NCBI GenBank assembly: GCA_035285545.1
Contig: JAYKGY010000021.1
Coordinates: forward strand, 1-64,000
Direction of reading: 5' to 3'
Origin: Snowella sp.
Lineage (GTDB): Bacteria; Cyanobacteriota; Cyanobacteriia; Cyanobacteriales; Microcystaceae
Length of the DNA stretch: 64,000 nucleotides
This document shows positions 62,751-64,000 of this stretch, piece by piece. Position numbers and translations under genes: made by a program. How positions within the stretch are numbered: the stretch's first letter is position 1; every line of letters begins with the position of its first letter. The notes below the pieces were generated by a model. The model had not been told where the DNA came from and made no database searches. It was given only the letters and a program-made list of their open reading frames with translations.

Positions 62751-63958
62751 GCAATTCGAGCCGCCGCCCCTGGTTTTCCTAAACGTTTTTTACCGTTTTC
62801 GGCAATGGCTAACCGTTTTTCAGGATTATTGAGCAATAACTTTAACGCTTGAGCCACTTCTGACGGCTGAGATAATAACGTCACCGATTTTCCCAGTAAA
62901 TAGGTCTGTCGTTGGGCAAAAGCAGGGGTAAATTGCGGGCCTGTACCAGGCAAGCTAAAAACGGGTTTTCCTAAGCCGACAAATTGTTCCGTTGCTGTTC
63001 CTGCCATCGCGATCGCCAGATCTGCCAAATTTAAACAGGTTCCATAGGATCGTTGACTCAGAATGAGCTTAGACTGCTTTTGTTGAAAAACTTTTGCCTC
63101 AACATCATTTAATAAGTTATTTTCTGGCACTAAAGGAATAGACTGCCACTTTTGAGCAATTAAAGCTTGTTGCAATGGTTTTAAATCTAAAGAAGGCGCG
63201 ATCGCGGCCAAAAAACAGAGAGATTGATCTTGAAACTGTTCTAAGATCCCTTGAACCGCTTGCAGAATTACTTGCCAATTTCGCTCGGCTTCCGGCGATC
63301 GCGATCCAGGCAATAACAAAATCGTTAATTGCTCAGGTTTATTCTTGGGTAACTCAGTGTTTATTCCCAATCCATCCATCATCGGGTTTCCTAAATCAAA
63401 AGCAGGAATGGAAAATTGCTGAAGATTGTTAGCCGTTATTTCATCTCTGGGGAAAACCGCCTTACAGTTGGGACGACTCATTAGCCACCGTTCCCAAGGG
63501 TAATAATCCGAACCCAATTGACGAGCAAACCAGGGCGTTGAAGTTAACCAACCGTTTTTATCCCGCAAATAATATTCCGATTTTGCCGTTCCCACAAACC
63601 CATATTCCGCCCCACTCATCCAAGCAAAAATCAAAGGCACAATATCCCCCACTGCTAAAATCTTTCCACCGTCTTTTGCCCATTGTTGAATGGCTTGATA
63701 TTGCTTCAGGGTTAATTGCAACAAGCCCCCTTTTAAATCCTTTAATAACTCACGGCTATCCATATAAATAAATCCCCCCGATGGCATTTTCTGTACCGCA
63801 CCAATCACGGGAATATTGAGTTCATCATAGGCATGACCTTCACCAACTAACGGCAAAATTGCTAACTCTGGGGGATTATTGGTTAATTGGATCTGTTCGG
63901 CAATCCTAGCGGCGATCGCGTCTTCTCCATGACCATTACTTAAAATTAGCAATTTCAT
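62723..63958 (-). CDS. Lipid-A-disaccharide synthase-related GT-B protein
   Basis: LSNGHGED, MPSGGF, LLPGSR, AMAGTATEQ and GPQF. Confidence 0.88.
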   Translation of the reverse strand: MKLLILSNGHGEDAIAARIAEQIQLTNNPPELAILPLVGEGHAYDELNIPVIGAVQKMPSGGFIYMDSRELLKDLKGGLLQLTLKQYQAIQQWAKDGGKILAVGDIVPLIFAWMSGAEYGFVGTAKSEYYLRDKNGWLTSTPWFARQLGSDYYPWERWLMSRPNCKAVFPRDEITANNLQQFSIPAFDLGNPMMDGLGINTELPKNKPEQLTILLLPGSRSPEAERNWQVILQAVQGILEQFQDQSLCFLAAIAPSLDLKPLQQALIAQKWQSIPLVPENNLLNDVEAKVFQQKQSKLILSQRSYGTCLNLADLAIAMAGTATEQFVGLGKPVFSLPGTGPQFTPAFAQRQTYLLGKSVTLLSQPSEVAQALKLLLNNPEKRLAIAENGKKRLGKPGAAARIAHCLREIWG

Positions 63959-63963
63959 TAATT

Positions 63964-64000
63964 TAGGACTTACGCATTGTCAAAAAACACATAATAAATA
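63964..64000. mobile_element. Terminal inverted repeat of a second IS701-like element or MITE extending beyond the window
   Basis: TAGGACTTACGCATTGT is the exact reverse complement of 357-373, with weaker similarity continuing to about 33 bp. Confidence 0.75.

Overview
Chromosomal window from a cyanobacterium. The HIP1 octamer GCGATCGC occurs throughout, and the gshA-trmL-nlpD order resembles Synechocystis, so a unicellular lineage is inferred. The window runs from the 3' end of an IS701-like element to the terminal inverted repeat of a related element. Most of it is core genes: rnb, rqcH, glk, frr-pyrH, a GH57 enzyme, sucCD, gshA, trmL, nlpD, tRNA-Met and cbiMNQO. Accessory or unusual parts: (1) a candidate ~115-nt sRNA with an NtcA box overlapping its -10 element; (2) a decaying toxin-antitoxin cluster (8.3-10.15 kb) with a 111-bp MITE splitting a MazF/PemK toxin; (3) an AT-rich, HIP1-poor putative defence island (PLD-like protein, ABC ATPase plus TOPRIM pair, DUF29, DUF433); (4) a divergent Zur-boxed zinc-starvation locus (COG0523/WD40 versus Zn-independent hemB-znuACB); (5) a sucCD pair lacking the catalytic histidine; (6) an ATP-grasp/alpha-E/transglutaminase operon with an internal heptamer tandem repeat; (7) an uncharacterised AAA+ ATPase plus inactive-NTPase-TPR gene pair. 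All family calls come from motifs recognised by eye; no searches were run.
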